A DNA stretch of 64,000 nucleotides from an uncultured bacterium (GTDB taxonomy: Bacteria; Actinomycetota; Thermoleophilia; Solirubrobacterales; 70-9), in NCBI GenBank assembly GCA_963811625.1, contig CAWERS010000001.1, positions 28,320 through 92,319 of the forward strand. Reading direction: 5' to 3'. Made by a program: the position numbers and the translations under genes. This document shows, piece after piece, positions 1 to 8,781 of this stretch. The stretch's first letter is position 1, and the number at the start of each line of letters is the position of its first letter. The notes beneath the pieces are model-generated. The model worked only from the letters and a program-made list of their open reading frames with translations. It was not told the DNA's origin and made no database searches.

Positions 1-360
1 GCCGGTGCACGGGGTTACGTGACGAAGTCGATCTCCGGCCCGGAGCTGGCCGAGGCGATCGAGCGCGTCCGCGAAGGCGATGCGGTCTTCTCGCCGCGAC
101 TCGCCGGCTTCGTGCTCGACGCCTTCCACGGGGAGATCCCAGAGGCGGAGGTCGATCCCGAGCTCGACCTGCTGACGATGCGCGAGCGCGAGGTCCTACG
201 CCTCATCGCCCGCGGCTACCTCTACAAGGAGATCGGGCTCGAGCTGGGCATCTCGCCGAAGACCGTCGAGGCTCACGTGAGCGCCGTGCTCAGAAAGCTT
301 CAGCTCTCGAACCGGCACGAGCTGGGCCGCTGGGCGGTGGAGCGACGCTTAATCGACTGA
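1..360 (+). CDS. LuxR/NarL-family response regulator, C-terminal part (5-prime end outside window)
   Basis: Frame is open from nt 1. LuxR/GerE HTH present (LTMREREVLRLIARGYLYKEIGLELGISPKTVEAHVSAVLRKLQL). 109/114 aa identical to the C-terminus of the complete regulator at 35594-36244. Confidence 0.9.
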   Translation, partial: AGARGYVTKSISGPELAEAIERVREGDAVFSPRLAGFVLDAFHGEIPEAEVDPELDLLTMREREVLRLIARGYLYKEIGLELGISPKTVEAHVSAVLRKLQLSNRHELGRWAVERRLID

Positions 361-435
361 GCCTCGGGGCCTCCGGATCAGGCACATCAGGCCGGCAGGC
401 GTACGCGCTGGCATGTCGCTGGGGGCTCATCGGTC

Positions 436-1308
436 TCAAGCTCCCACGACACCTCCGACGAGTATTCCGGAGCCCAGGTGGGCGCCGAGCACCGGCCCGA
501 CTTGGGTGCAGAACAGCGGTTCGGCTCCGAAGATCTCAGCGCCCTGGGCCACCAAGTGCTCGGCGTCCTCGGGGCGCTGGGCGTGCTGCACGATCCAATC
601 CCTCGCGCCGCGGTCGTGCAGCTGATCCAGGTAGGCGCCCATCCGCTCCAGCGCCCGGCGCCGCGTTCGGACGCGGCCGATCGGGGCGATCTCGGTTCCG
701 AAGGTCAGGATTGGCTTGACCGCCAGCGCTGTCCCGAGCATCGCTTGTGCCGCTCCGATGCGCCCGCCGCGCCGCAGGTATTCCAGCGTGTCGAGGCAAA
801 ACCACATTTCGAGGTGCTTGCGTGTGTGGCGCACGGCATCGACGACGGCGTTGAGCTCTGCTCCCTGCTCGGCCGCGCGTGCGGCAGCTAGGACAAGGCA
901 GCCCAGACCGCCCGCGCCCGTCTGGCCGTCGATCACCTCCACACTCCCGGGATGCCCCGCCTCGGCCACAACCCGCGCTGCCTCAGCCGCGGTCTCGTAG
1001 GTCCCCGACAGGCCGCTTGCCAAATGGACGGAGATCACGTCGCGACCGACGCTGACGAGTGGCTCAAAGCAGGCGAGGAAGTCCCCCACCGAGGGTTGCG
1101 AGGTCGAAGGCAGGTCCGGGGACTCGCGAAGCCGCGCATAGAACGCATCCAGGTCGGCGTAGTCATGCTCGGGTCGTAGGTCACCGTCCCAGCCGACATA
1201 CAGGCTGACCTCGCGAATCCCCCACCGATCGACCAGCGACCGTGGCAGGTATGGCGTGCTGTCGGTCACCACGGCGACGCCGGCCCAGCTCTGAAGGTGC
1301 TTGGACAT
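436..1308 (-). CDS. DegV family fatty-acid-binding protein
   Basis: 290-aa ORF with DegV hallmarks: VAVVTDSTPYLP near the N-terminus and TSQPSVGDF. High GC3. Confidence 0.8.
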   Translation of the reverse strand: MSKHLQSWAGVAVVTDSTPYLPRSLVDRWGIREVSLYVGWDGDLRPEHDYADLDAFYARLRESPDLPSTSQPSVGDFLACFEPLVSVGRDVISVHLASGLSGTYETAAEAARVVAEAGHPGSVEVIDGQTGAGGLGCLVLAAARAAEQGAELNAVVDAVRHTRKHLEMWFCLDTLEYLRRGGRIGAAQAMLGTALAVKPILTFGTEIAPIGRVRTRRRALERMGAYLDQLHDRGARDWIVQHAQRPEDAEHLVAQGAEIFGAEPLFCTQVGPVLGAHLGSGILVGGVVGA

Positions 1309-1390
1309 CTCGAGCAGCGCTCACGCAGGGAAGACCCTACGGCCTCGCTCACCCAAGGGGGCATCCACTTTGGGCTGCCAGACTTGACTG

Positions 1391-2806
1391 GTGGCCGATC
1401 GGCAGCAGCGCAGCCCAACCCGTGGGCGCGGGGCCCGGACCTTGCGCCTCGGGCAGGTCGCCGCGGGCGGCGCGGTCCGCTGGGCAAGCGACCGCGTCGA
1501 CGGGCGCGGAAGCGAGGAGGACCGGCGACGCCGTCGCGGCGACCGACTGGTAGCGACGATCGACTCGCTGGTCGATCAGCTCCAGACGATGCGGGGCGCT
1601 GCGATGAAGGCCGGCCAGGTCCTTTCCACGGTCGAATTCCCCGGGCTCGACGCCGACCAGTCCGCCCATCTGCAGGCACGCCTCGCCTCGCTCCGCGACG
1701 ACGTTCCCGCGGTCGGCTGGAAGCAGATGCGGAAGGTGATCTCCAGCGAGTGGGGGGAGGACCCCGAGCGGATGCTCGCCTCGATCGATCCCGAGCCGGC
1801 AGCCGCGGCGAGCATCGGTCAGGTCTACCGGGGGAAGACCACAGCCGGGCTCGACGTTGCGATCAAAGTCCAGTACCCCGGGATTGCCGAGGCGGTGGAG
1901 TCGGACATGCGAAACATCCGGATGCTTGCGCCGCTCTTGCGCCGGATGATGCCCGGCCTTGATGTCAAGCCGGTGCTCGCCGAGCTCAGCGAGCGCATCT
2001 CCGCGGAGTGCGACTACGAGCTCGAAGCGTCCAGCCACCGCCGCCTCGCCCGCTTCTGGCGCGGCCATCCGTTCATCTCGGTCCCGGCGGTCGACATGCG
2101 CCTGAGCCGCCGCAGGGTGCTGGTCAGCGATTGGGTCGACGGCATCGACTTCGCGGAGGTCGGTCGGCAACCGGATCCGGTCCGCGACCGCTACGCGGAG
2201 ATCATCTACCGCTTCTTCTACGGGGCCGCCCGCGAGCTCGACCTGGCGCTCGGCGACCCCCACCCCGGCAACTATCTGCTCTGCGACGATGGGCGAGTCG
2301 CGTTCATCGACTTCGGCATGCTGCGCGACCTCCCGCGCGGCTACCTGGACCGGGAGGCGGTGATCCTCAAGGCGATCCGCGATCGGAACGCGCCGGCGCT
2401 CCTCGACGCGATGCGAGCGCTGGGCTACCTCGGGGATGACGGTGACTGGAATGGCTCGCTGCTGCTCGACCACATGCGCGCGGTCTCGTGGTGGCTCGAG
2501 GCCGACGGGCCCCTGCGGCTGGCGCCCGAGGACATCTGGCGCGGCGGCGCGTCGCTGCGCGATGACCGCAACGGGGAGCTGCGGCAGCAGATTCGCCGCA
2601 TGACCCTGCCGCCCGAGGCCCTGCTGCTGCGGAGGATGGAGGGTTTGCTCTTCCAGGTCGCGTCGACGCTTCGTGCGGAGGCGAGCTGGGGTGCGCTGCT
2701 GGGCGAGCTGATCGAGGGCGGCGAGCCCGTCGGCCAGCTCGGTCGGGAGCATGCCGCCTGGCTCGCCGAGCGGGGTCTGCGGCCGGCGACCGCCCCGAAC
2801 GCGTAG
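1391..2806 (+). CDS. ABC1/UbiB (AarF) atypical kinase family protein
   Basis: 471-aa ORF with ABC1 motifs KAGQVLS, AAASIGQVYRG, VAIKVQYPGI, GDPHPGNYLL, AFIDFGM. GTG start; exact start uncertain. Confidence 0.8.
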   Translation: MADRQQRSPTRGRGARTLRLGQVAAGGAVRWASDRVDGRGSEEDRRRRRGDRLVATIDSLVDQLQTMRGAAMKAGQVLSTVEFPGLDADQSAHLQARLASLRDDVPAVGWKQMRKVISSEWGEDPERMLASIDPEPAAAASIGQVYRGKTTAGLDVAIKVQYPGIAEAVESDMRNIRMLAPLLRRMMPGLDVKPVLAELSERISAECDYELEASSHRRLARFWRGHPFISVPAVDMRLSRRRVLVSDWVDGIDFAEVGRQPDPVRDRYAEIIYRFFYGAARELDLALGDPHPGNYLLCDDGRVAFIDFGMLRDLPRGYLDREAVILKAIRDRNAPALLDAMRALGYLGDDGDWNGSLLLDHMRAVSWWLEADGPLRLAPEDIWRGGASLRDDRNGELRQQIRRMTLPPEALLLRRMEGLLFQVASTLRAEASWGALLGELIEGGEPVGQLGREHAAWLAERGLRPATAPNA

Positions 2807-2821
2807 GCGCCCAGAGGGACG

Positions 2822-2933
2822 GGCTTATCTTTGCCGCTCGGGACCTGGAGTGGAGCTCCGAATCAGCCCGTCAGGCGTATCCGTTCGACTATCCGTGCGT
2901 GTAGCGAGAGACGAATCGGGCCACCGATCGGAT
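2822..2933 (+). repeat. Intergenic repeat family 1, copy A
   Basis: Starts GGCTTATCT. Its 42-nt core ATCCGTGCGTGTAGCGAGAGACGAATCGGGCCACCGATCGGA (2891-2933) matches 7211-7252 at 39 of 43 aligned columns. Contains the small hairpin ATCGG-gcca-CCGAT. Confidence 0.75.
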
Positions 2934-3150
2934 TTACCTGAGACGCACGGAGCGGACTGGGAAGACCCAGGCGAAGCGACCACATGCGCAACGGGTTTCC
3001 AAGCCTCCTCGCCGCTCTCTGGAGCCTGGTCTTCTTGGAACGCGGCACTCCTCGTACGCTAACCGCCAGACCACCCAAGTCAACGGGGAACAGAAGCACC
3101 TGTAGGTCCGCTGGGAGGAGAGCGATCCGCCGGAAGCTAAGCTGCGGCGC

Positions 3151-3516
3151 GTGAAGGTCGCCTACATCTTCTCGACCTCCGGGCACACGGCGAGCTACAA
3201 ACTCGGCAAGATGATCCTGCCGCAGCTCGAGCAAGGAAACCACGGGGTGGAGGTCGTCGGGATGTTCTTCTTCGACGACAACACCTACGTGCTGCGCGTG
3301 GGCGATCCGCTCGGCGAGCGCCTCGCCGAGGTTGCCGAGGAGCAGGGGATCATGCTGATGCTCTGCGACCGATGCGCGATCGAGCGCTCGCTCGCGGAGG
3401 GTGAGCCGGGCGACTGCCGTCCCAGCGGCACGGTCGCGGGAGTGCGGGTCGGCTGCTTTCCGGACCTCTACGGGGCGCTGTCGGAAAACCCGCCGGACCA
3501 AGTGATCACGCTGTAG
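3151..3516 (+). CDS. DsrE/DsrF/TusD-like sulfur-relay family protein
   Basis: 121-aa ORF with GTG start. DsrE-like pattern MKVAYIFS...VEVVGMFFFDDN...MLCDRCAIERS (conserved Cys followed by Arg). Confidence 0.65.
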   Translation: MKVAYIFSTSGHTASYKLGKMILPQLEQGNHGVEVVGMFFFDDNTYVLRVGDPLGERLAEVAEEQGIMLMLCDRCAIERSLAEGEPGDCRPSGTVAGVRVGCFPDLYGALSENPPDQVITL

Positions 3517-3556
3517 CTGCGAAGCGCAAGGCGGTCTCAGGGCTCGGTCGAGCCCG

Positions 3557-4960
3557 CTAAGCGGCCGGCTGGCTGCCGGCCACCGAGGCGCGCTGGATGT
3601 CGGTGGGCTCGGCGCAGCAGAACCATGCCTCGGTGAGCCGCGGGCGCGGCTCGACGTCGCCAAGGTCGGCCGGGTCGGCTGAATGTCCCGCGGCATCGGC
3701 CACCGCCCGATACAGGGTCCGAAACGTCGACGCGCTGCCGACCTCCGCCGCGACATCGGCCTCGACGATTTCGGCGAGCTCGGCATGGAGGCGATCCAGC
3801 TGCGGATCCCTGGCTTGCCAGTCATACGTGAGGCGGTCGCGATCGTAGTCCTGCAGGTGCGGTGTGATCTCGGGGCGATCGAGTAGCAGCGAGCCCTTGG
3901 GCACGAGCAGACGGATCGTGTACTGGATCGGATCCACGTTCCCCACCATCTCGTTGGCAATCACGAAATCGAGGATCTCGAGGATGTCTTGCGGTGTCGC
4001 CCAGGGCGTGAACGGCAACCACGACGGGCGGATCTCGATCCCGTGCTCGCGCAGCAAGGCCACCGCCTGGGCGGCCTCGTCCGCGGTGTGACCCTTGTCG
4101 AGATAGGTGAGGATCTCGGCGTTGAGCGACTCGAACGCCGAGATCACGAAGAGGCACCCATGTTCGCTGAGCTCGGGCCAGACCTGACGATGCTCGAGGA
4201 TGTGCTCGACCTTGGTCGTGCAGTCGAAGGTGACCTCGGGAAAGTGGCGGTGAAGCTCGCGCGCCACTTGCAGGGAATGCTTGACGCCGTTTAGGAAGTC
4301 CGGGTCGCCGAAGGTGATATGGCGTGCCCCCGCCGCCACCAGCTGGGCGATATCCGCCATCACCACGGAGCTCCCGACGATCCGGATCCGGCCGTCGTAG
4401 GCGACGGGCACCGGGCAGTGCCGGCACTTGTGCACGCAGCCGTGGCTGGCCTCGACGTACCCCGCGAGCTGCTCCTCGCCATCGCGCTCCAACCGCGCAT
4501 AGCGCTTGAGGGGCGGCAGCTGCCCTCGGCTCGGGGTGTGAAACTCGTGGCGCCCCAGGTCGATCGAGCTGGTCGCCGGTCGCAGCGCCGGCGAGTCGCC
4601 GAGCGCCTCAACCCACTCCACCAGCTCCGACTCGTACTCGCCGGCGATCAGCCGGTCGACCAGTCCACCGATCGTCGGGTCGTCACTGACCGCCGCGTAG
4701 AGACCGTAGAAACAGATCGGCAACTGCGGCCGGGTCGCTCGAATGTGCTCGCCGGCGCCAATCGCCAGTCGCATCGCGGTGTGCATGGGGACGGAGACGC
4801 CGACGGCCTCGGCCCAGTCGATCTTGTCTCTATCGAGCTGCTCGACGGAGAGATCGATGCACCGAACCCGATGCCCGGCGGCCCCCAGGGCGGCCGTCGG
4901 CGAGGCCAGGTGCAACGGCTGATGACCAAGTTCGTAGGTGGAGATCAGCAGGACCCGCAC
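3557..4960 (-). CDS. B12-binding-domain radical SAM protein with CCAEP C-terminal tail
   Basis: Track ORF 3557-5389 trimmed to GTG at 4960 (VRVLLISTYELGH), 27 nt after the ATP-grasp stop. Radical SAM CX3CX2C motif (SHGCVHKCRHCPV). C-terminal tail EAWFCCAEPT, with Cys codons TGC TGC at 3614-3619. Confidence 0.85.
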   Translation of the reverse strand: MRVLLISTYELGHQPLHLASPTAALGAAGHRVRCIDLSVEQLDRDKIDWAEAVGVSVPMHTAMRLAIGAGEHIRATRPQLPICFYGLYAAVSDDPTIGGLVDRLIAGEYESELVEWVEALGDSPALRPATSSIDLGRHEFHTPSRGQLPPLKRYARLERDGEEQLAGYVEASHGCVHKCRHCPVPVAYDGRIRIVGSSVVMADIAQLVAAGARHITFGDPDFLNGVKHSLQVARELHRHFPEVTFDCTTKVEHILEHRQVWPELSEHGCLFVISAFESLNAEILTYLDKGHTADEAAQAVALLREHGIEIRPSWLPFTPWATPQDILEILDFVIANEMVGNVDPIQYTIRLLVPKGSLLLDRPEITPHLQDYDRDRLTYDWQARDPQLDRLHAELAEIVEADVAAEVGSASTFRTLYRAVADAAGHSADPADLGDVEPRPRLTEAWFCCAEPTDIQRASVAGSQPAA

Positions 4961-4986
4961 AGCGCCAGGATAGCCTTCGCGCCGCT

Positions 4987-6216
4987 TCACTCCGACGGCT
5001 CGCCGATCACGATTTCGAGGCAGTTGTGGGCGGTGCGCAGTGCCCGCTCGACCTGCTCGGGCGTCTCGCCGCGGGCGAAGAGGAAGCCGAGGTAGCGATC
5101 GGCCTCCGGCAGCGTCTGCACCCGCTTGCCGGGCGCGATCGAGACCTCGAGCCCAGTCACGCCGGGCACCGCTCGCGCCCGCGCCTGCCCGCGCACCTCC
5201 TTCAGCATCCCCGCCTTCGGGATCGGGAGCATCATTACCCCGGAGGCGGCGGCCTCGCGGCTTAGGTCGTCGAGCGGCAGCCCGAGGGCGTGGCGCAGGA
5301 TGAGCTCCTCGAGGCTCACGCCCATCCCGAAGCGCAGCGAGCGCGAGCACAGCCCGCCAATCGAGCGGGCGGCGAGCTCGAGGATCCACACGCCATCCCC
5401 GTCGATCCGCAGCTCGGCGTGTATCGGCCCCTCGATTAGGCCGAGCGTGGCGGCCGCCTCGGCCGTGAGGAGGGTGACGGCCTCCAGGGTCTCCGCGGGC
5501 AGGCGCGACGGGGTCACGTAGATGGTTTCCTCGAAATAAGGGCCCTCGAGCGGATCGGGCTTGTCGAACACCGCCAGGATCTCGAGGGCGCCGCCGCGCA
5601 AGAGGCCCTCGACGGCCACCTCCACGCCCGGGACGTAGCGCTCGACCAGCAGCGGCGCGTCCGGGTCCTCGCCGGCCTCGGCGAGGATCGCCCTGACTCG
5701 CTCGGCCGCGGCGTCGGCCGCCGGCGGATCGTTGGCGCGGATCACGCCGCGGCTCGCCGACAGCGAAACCGCCTTGACCACGCAGGGAAGACCGACCTCG
5801 CCGGCGAGCTGCGCCACGTCCGCGTTGGGCCCGGCGACCCGGTAGTCGGGCTGGGGCAGGTCGGCGGCCGCGAAGGCTCCACGCATCGCGGTCTTGTCCC
5901 TGGTCGCCGTGACCGCCTCGGGCGGGTTGTGCGCGAGCCCCAAGCGCGCGGCGGCCAGCGCGGCCACGAGCACCCCCTGCTCGTCGGCGCCGACCACGGC
6001 GTCGAGCGGCTTATCCTGCGCCCGGGCGACGATGGCATCGGCGGCGGCCTCGGGCCGCCTCAGGTCCACGACCAGCGCCCGGTCTCCCATCGTCCCCGAC
6101 ATCGCCTGCCGGCGCTCGGAGGCGACCACCACCTCGGCGTCCAGCGCCCGGGACGCGGCGAGGAAATCGCTCGCGCGGTAGGTGGCTGTGGGTAGCAGCA
6201 GAAGGACGCGGGGCAT
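4987..6216 (-). CDS. ATP-grasp domain protein (ligase-like)
   Basis: 409-aa ORF with ATP-grasp pattern LPCVVKAVSLSASRGV, LLVERYVPGVEVAVEGL, GPIHAELRI...VWILELAARSIGG. ATG at 6216. Confidence 0.8.
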   Translation of the reverse strand: MPRVLLLLPTATYRASDFLAASRALDAEVVVASERRQAMSGTMGDRALVVDLRRPEAAADAIVARAQDKPLDAVVGADEQGVLVAALAAARLGLAHNPPEAVTATRDKTAMRGAFAAADLPQPDYRVAGPNADVAQLAGEVGLPCVVKAVSLSASRGVIRANDPPAADAAAERVRAILAEAGEDPDAPLLVERYVPGVEVAVEGLLRGGALEILAVFDKPDPLEGPYFEETIYVTPSRLPAETLEAVTLLTAEAAATLGLIEGPIHAELRIDGDGVWILELAARSIGGLCSRSLRFGMGVSLEELILRHALGLPLDDLSREAAASGVMMLPIPKAGMLKEVRGQARARAVPGVTGLEVSIAPGKRVQTLPEADRYLGFLFARGETPEQVERALRTAHNCLEIVIGEPSE

Positions 6217-6278
6217 GGGCGTATCGTAGGTAGCGGGGAGTCCGCAACTGGCGAACGGCCAGCCATACGGGACATGAG

Positions 6279-6968
6279 ATGAGCGCCGAAGACACAGCCG
6301 AGCCGACGCTCGCGATCACCGAGCAGGCGATCGAGAAGGTCAGGGGGTTCCGCGCGCAGTCCGAGGACCCCGAGAGCCAGGCGCTGTGGGTGGAGGTGAG
6401 CGGCGTCTCGGGCGGCGAATACGTCTGCAAGATCTCCCTCAACGCATTGCATGTTGCGCGCCAGGGCGACGTGGTGCAGCGCCACGGCGACCTGGCGATC
6501 GTGGTGCGCGAGTCGAGCGTCGAGAAGCTGCGGGGCGCCACCATCGACTGGTCGGAGGGACTCGCGCAGAGCGGCTTTACTCTCGTGAACCCGAACAGGC
6601 CGCCGGCCCCGGCGGAGCTCCCGATGATGAGCCCGTCGATGGCGCCGCCCGCGAGCCCGCCGATCGACGCTCGTCCACCCGCCGACCTCAGCGGCGACGT
6701 CGCCCAGCGGATCATCCAAGTGATCGACCAGCAGATCAACCCGGCCATCGCCGCGCACGGCGGGCATGCGGAGCTGGTCGCCGTCGAGGAGGACGCCGCC
6801 TACCTACGCCTGGGCGGCGGCTGCCAGGGCTGCGGGATGGCCACCGTCACCCTCGGCCAGGGGATCGAGGTCGCGATCACCGAGGCGGTTCCGGAGATCG
6901 CCCGCGTGGTCGACGTCACCGACCACGCCGTCGGCACCAACCCCTACTTCGAGCCCGCCAAGAAGTAG
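6279..6968 (+). CDS. Fe-S cluster carrier, IscA/HesB-like N-domain fused to Nfu domain (NfuA-like)
   Basis: 229-aa ORF. C-terminal Nfu signature INPAIAAHGGHAELV...GGGCQGCGMATVTLGQGIE. Confidence 0.8.
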   Translation: MSAEDTAEPTLAITEQAIEKVRGFRAQSEDPESQALWVEVSGVSGGEYVCKISLNALHVARQGDVVQRHGDLAIVVRESSVEKLRGATIDWSEGLAQSGFTLVNPNRPPAPAELPMMSPSMAPPASPPIDARPPADLSGDVAQRIIQVIDQQINPAIAAHGGHAELVAVEEDAAYLRLGGGCQGCGMATVTLGQGIEVAITEAVPEIARVVDVTDHAVGTNPYFEPAKK

Positions 6969-6977
6969 GGCGCCTGC

Positions 6978-7252
6978 GGCTTATCTCCGTGTCGTCCGGG
7001 CGAGCTCTGAGCGTCGGCGGCTCCGGGGCTGGAGCACTCGGCGCCTTGGCTTCACCCGTTTGTCCCGCCAACCGTCCAACCGTTCAACAGCGAACGTCGT
7101 CCACGCCGAGGGACGATGGGGTCGCCTGGGACGCTCAGGGACGCATCTGCATGCGTTCCGTGCTGGCTGGGGGCCGAAAAGGTCAGGGCGCCAAGCGCAC
7201 GCGCTCGACAATCCGTGCGTCGTAGCGAGAAACGAATCGGACCCCGATCGGA
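6978..7252 (+). repeat. Intergenic repeat family 1, copy B (expanded)
   Basis: Same GGCTTATCT start and same 42-nt core (7211-7252) as copy A. Carries about 150 nt of extra sequence between the two conserved ends. Confidence 0.7.
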
Positions 7253-7283
7253 ACCCGCGACACCGGTCGTGCTCCCGATTAAC

Positions 7284-7395
7284 CCTAGGTTCTAGATCTG
7301 CCTCCGGGCTGAGAACCCGAACGTCCCGTAAAGGACCGACGGCGCAGTATCTCGCGAGAGTCCCGAGGCGGCTCGAAAGCGGTGACCCGACTGCT
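7284..7395 (+). repeat. Intergenic repeat family 2, copy R1
   Basis: CCTAGGTTCTAGATCTGCCTCCGGGCTGAGAACCCGAACGTCC-loop-GGACCG...CGGCTCGA. Aligns with 8782-8855 and partly with 29721-29775. Confidence 0.7.
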
Positions 7396-7423
7396 GAACG
7401 AGTCCTTTGCGTAGGTCGTGCCC

Positions 7424-8779
7424 CTAGTCCTCGGGATCGAGGCCCAGCAGCGCCGCCACCTCGCGCCCGAAGGCGCCGACGATCTCGCCCGGATCGGGCA
7501 CAAGGCCGCGGTCGGCCATCACGCCGACCGTCACCTCGCCGGCGTAGCTCAAGATCGAGATGCTCATCGAGACGCCGCCAGAGGTAGGGGCCCAGACGAG
7601 CACCCCACGCACCGGTGTCCCGGCGAGGTAGACCGGCTCGCGCGGGCCCGGGACATTGGTCATCACCGCCGAGCCGGCGGCGGAGAAGAGGTCGAGCAGT
7701 CGCTGCTCGACCGCCGCCGGCGTCGCCCCAAGGGCGCCGAGCAGCCCGTAGCCGATCGCGCCCTCGGGCGAGTCCTTGATCTCGACCATCCGTCGGTGGA
7801 CCTCCTCCAGGCGCCGGCGGGGATCCTCGATCCCGACCGGGACCGGCAGCAGCACGAGCCCGAAGTGGTTGCCCAGGTCGCGCGGCAGCGGCTCGTCGAG
7901 CGGGCGGAGGTTGAAGGGGACGAAGGCGTGCAGCTCGTCGACGAGGCTGTCGCGCTCGGCGAGATAGCTGCGCAGCGCTCCGGCTACCGCCGCCAGCAGC
8001 ACGTCGTTGACGGTCGTGCCGGTCGCGTGCCCGACGGCCTTCACGTCGTCGAGCAGGATCGGATCGGACCAGGCGACCTGCTCGGCCACCCCCAGCTCGC
8101 CCTTGAAGACCGTGCTCGCGTCGGGGCTCGAGAAAAGCGCTTTGGCGATGGCCTTGGCGTCGTCGCGCGCAGCCGCGGCGAGGTCGATTAACTCGGAAGG
8201 GTCGCGGACCAGCTCGACCACCTCGTGGGTGAGGCCGCCCCCGACGTCGCGGCCGATCGAGGCGGCGCGTCGGGCGGGGCGAACCAGGTCGCCGACCAGA
8301 CCGCTGACCCCGCCGCCGTCGGCCTCCTCCGGTTCCTCGGGCTTGATGCCCGCGTCGGGCTGGGCGTCCGTCAGCGAAAGCAGGACCCTCGCCAGCGCGA
8401 TCCCATCGGCGATGCAGTGGTGCATGCGAGCGACGATCGCGGAGCCGGAGCCATAGCCGTCCACGAGATACCAATGCCACAGCGGACGGGACCGGTCGAG
8501 CGGTTGCGCCGTGAGATCGGCGACCAGCTCTTGCAGCGCAACCCGGTCGCCAGGGGCCGGCAGCGCGGTGTGGTGCAGGTGCAGGTCGAGGTTGAAGTCG
8601 GGGTCGTCCTCCCAGCTCGGACCGCGCAGCGGGATGCGGCTCTCGCTCACCCGCTGGCGGAAGCGCGGGAAGCAGTCGACCAGGCGTGTCGCGATCACCT
8701 CGCGCACCTCATCCCAACTCAGCGGCTCGTCGAACCACAGCGCCCCGGTTATGACCATGAGGTTGGTCGGGCGATCCAT
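7424..8779 (-). CDS. Wax ester synthase/diacylglycerol acyltransferase (WS/DGAT)
   Basis: 451-aa ORF with catalytic HHCIADG (HHxxxDG) motif and the N-terminal MDRPTNLMVI typical of the family. Confidence 0.9.
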   Translation of the reverse strand: MDRPTNLMVITGALWFDEPLSWDEVREVIATRLVDCFPRFRQRVSESRIPLRGPSWEDDPDFNLDLHLHHTALPAPGDRVALQELVADLTAQPLDRSRPLWHWYLVDGYGSGSAIVARMHHCIADGIALARVLLSLTDAQPDAGIKPEEPEEADGGGVSGLVGDLVRPARRAASIGRDVGGGLTHEVVELVRDPSELIDLAAAARDDAKAIAKALFSSPDASTVFKGELGVAEQVAWSDPILLDDVKAVGHATGTTVNDVLLAAVAGALRSYLAERDSLVDELHAFVPFNLRPLDEPLPRDLGNHFGLVLLPVPVGIEDPRRRLEEVHRRMVEIKDSPEGAIGYGLLGALGATPAAVEQRLLDLFSAAGSAVMTNVPGPREPVYLAGTPVRGVLVWAPTSGGVSMSISILSYAGEVTVGVMADRGLVPDPGEIVGAFGREVAALLGLDPED

Positions 8780-8781
8780 GT

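Noticed and set aside
1349-2752. Long antisense ORFs. Examples: 1349-2752, 6981-8480, 8911-10281, 47640-49985, 57173-59569, 61971-63224, and many frames of 100-400 aa.
   Set aside because: They are Arg/Pro/Gly/Ala-rich low-complexity translations lying opposite ORFs with clear family signatures. These are the shadow ORFs typical of roughly 70% GC DNA, not genes.
2984-3154. A 56-aa ORF (MRNGFPSLLAALWSLVFLERG...) whose TGA overlaps the GTG of the DsrE-like gene. It was considered as a possible precursor peptide for the rSAM/ATP-grasp module.
   Set aside because: Its codon usage is poor (AGA, AGG, CTA, TCA codons). It has no ribosome-binding site, its composition is Arg-rich shadow-like, and it lies on the opposite strand from the rSAM and ATP-grasp genes. 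It is worth only a glance if peptidomics data exist.
3614-3619. Possible selenocysteine in the CCAEP tail of the radical SAM protein.
   Set aside because: Both codons are TGC. There is no in-frame TGA, and no SECIS-like hairpin needs to be invoked. This is the Cys-Cys form.
3557-5389. N-terminal extensions of track ORFs. Examples: 3557-5389, 17730-19247, 18203-19411, 53545-54825, 55945-57699, 57065-59494, 50696-52135.
   Set aside because: The extensions are low-complexity and overlap neighbouring genes. Internal ATG or GTG codons with Shine-Dalgarno-like sequences, or stop/start overlaps, give proteins of normal family length. The coordinates were trimmed accordingly.
7303-7330. GCTGAGAACCC resembles the CUGAGA...ACCC core of the TPP riboswitch. 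CGGCTTATC (2822, 6978) resembles the CCGGCUUAUC segment of RNase P RNA.
   Set aside because: The other conserved parts are absent: GGGGUGC and ACCUGAUCUGGAUAAUGCCAGCG for TPP, and GGAAAGUCCGG and the rest for RNase P. The motifs are also multi-copy and not next to thiamine genes.
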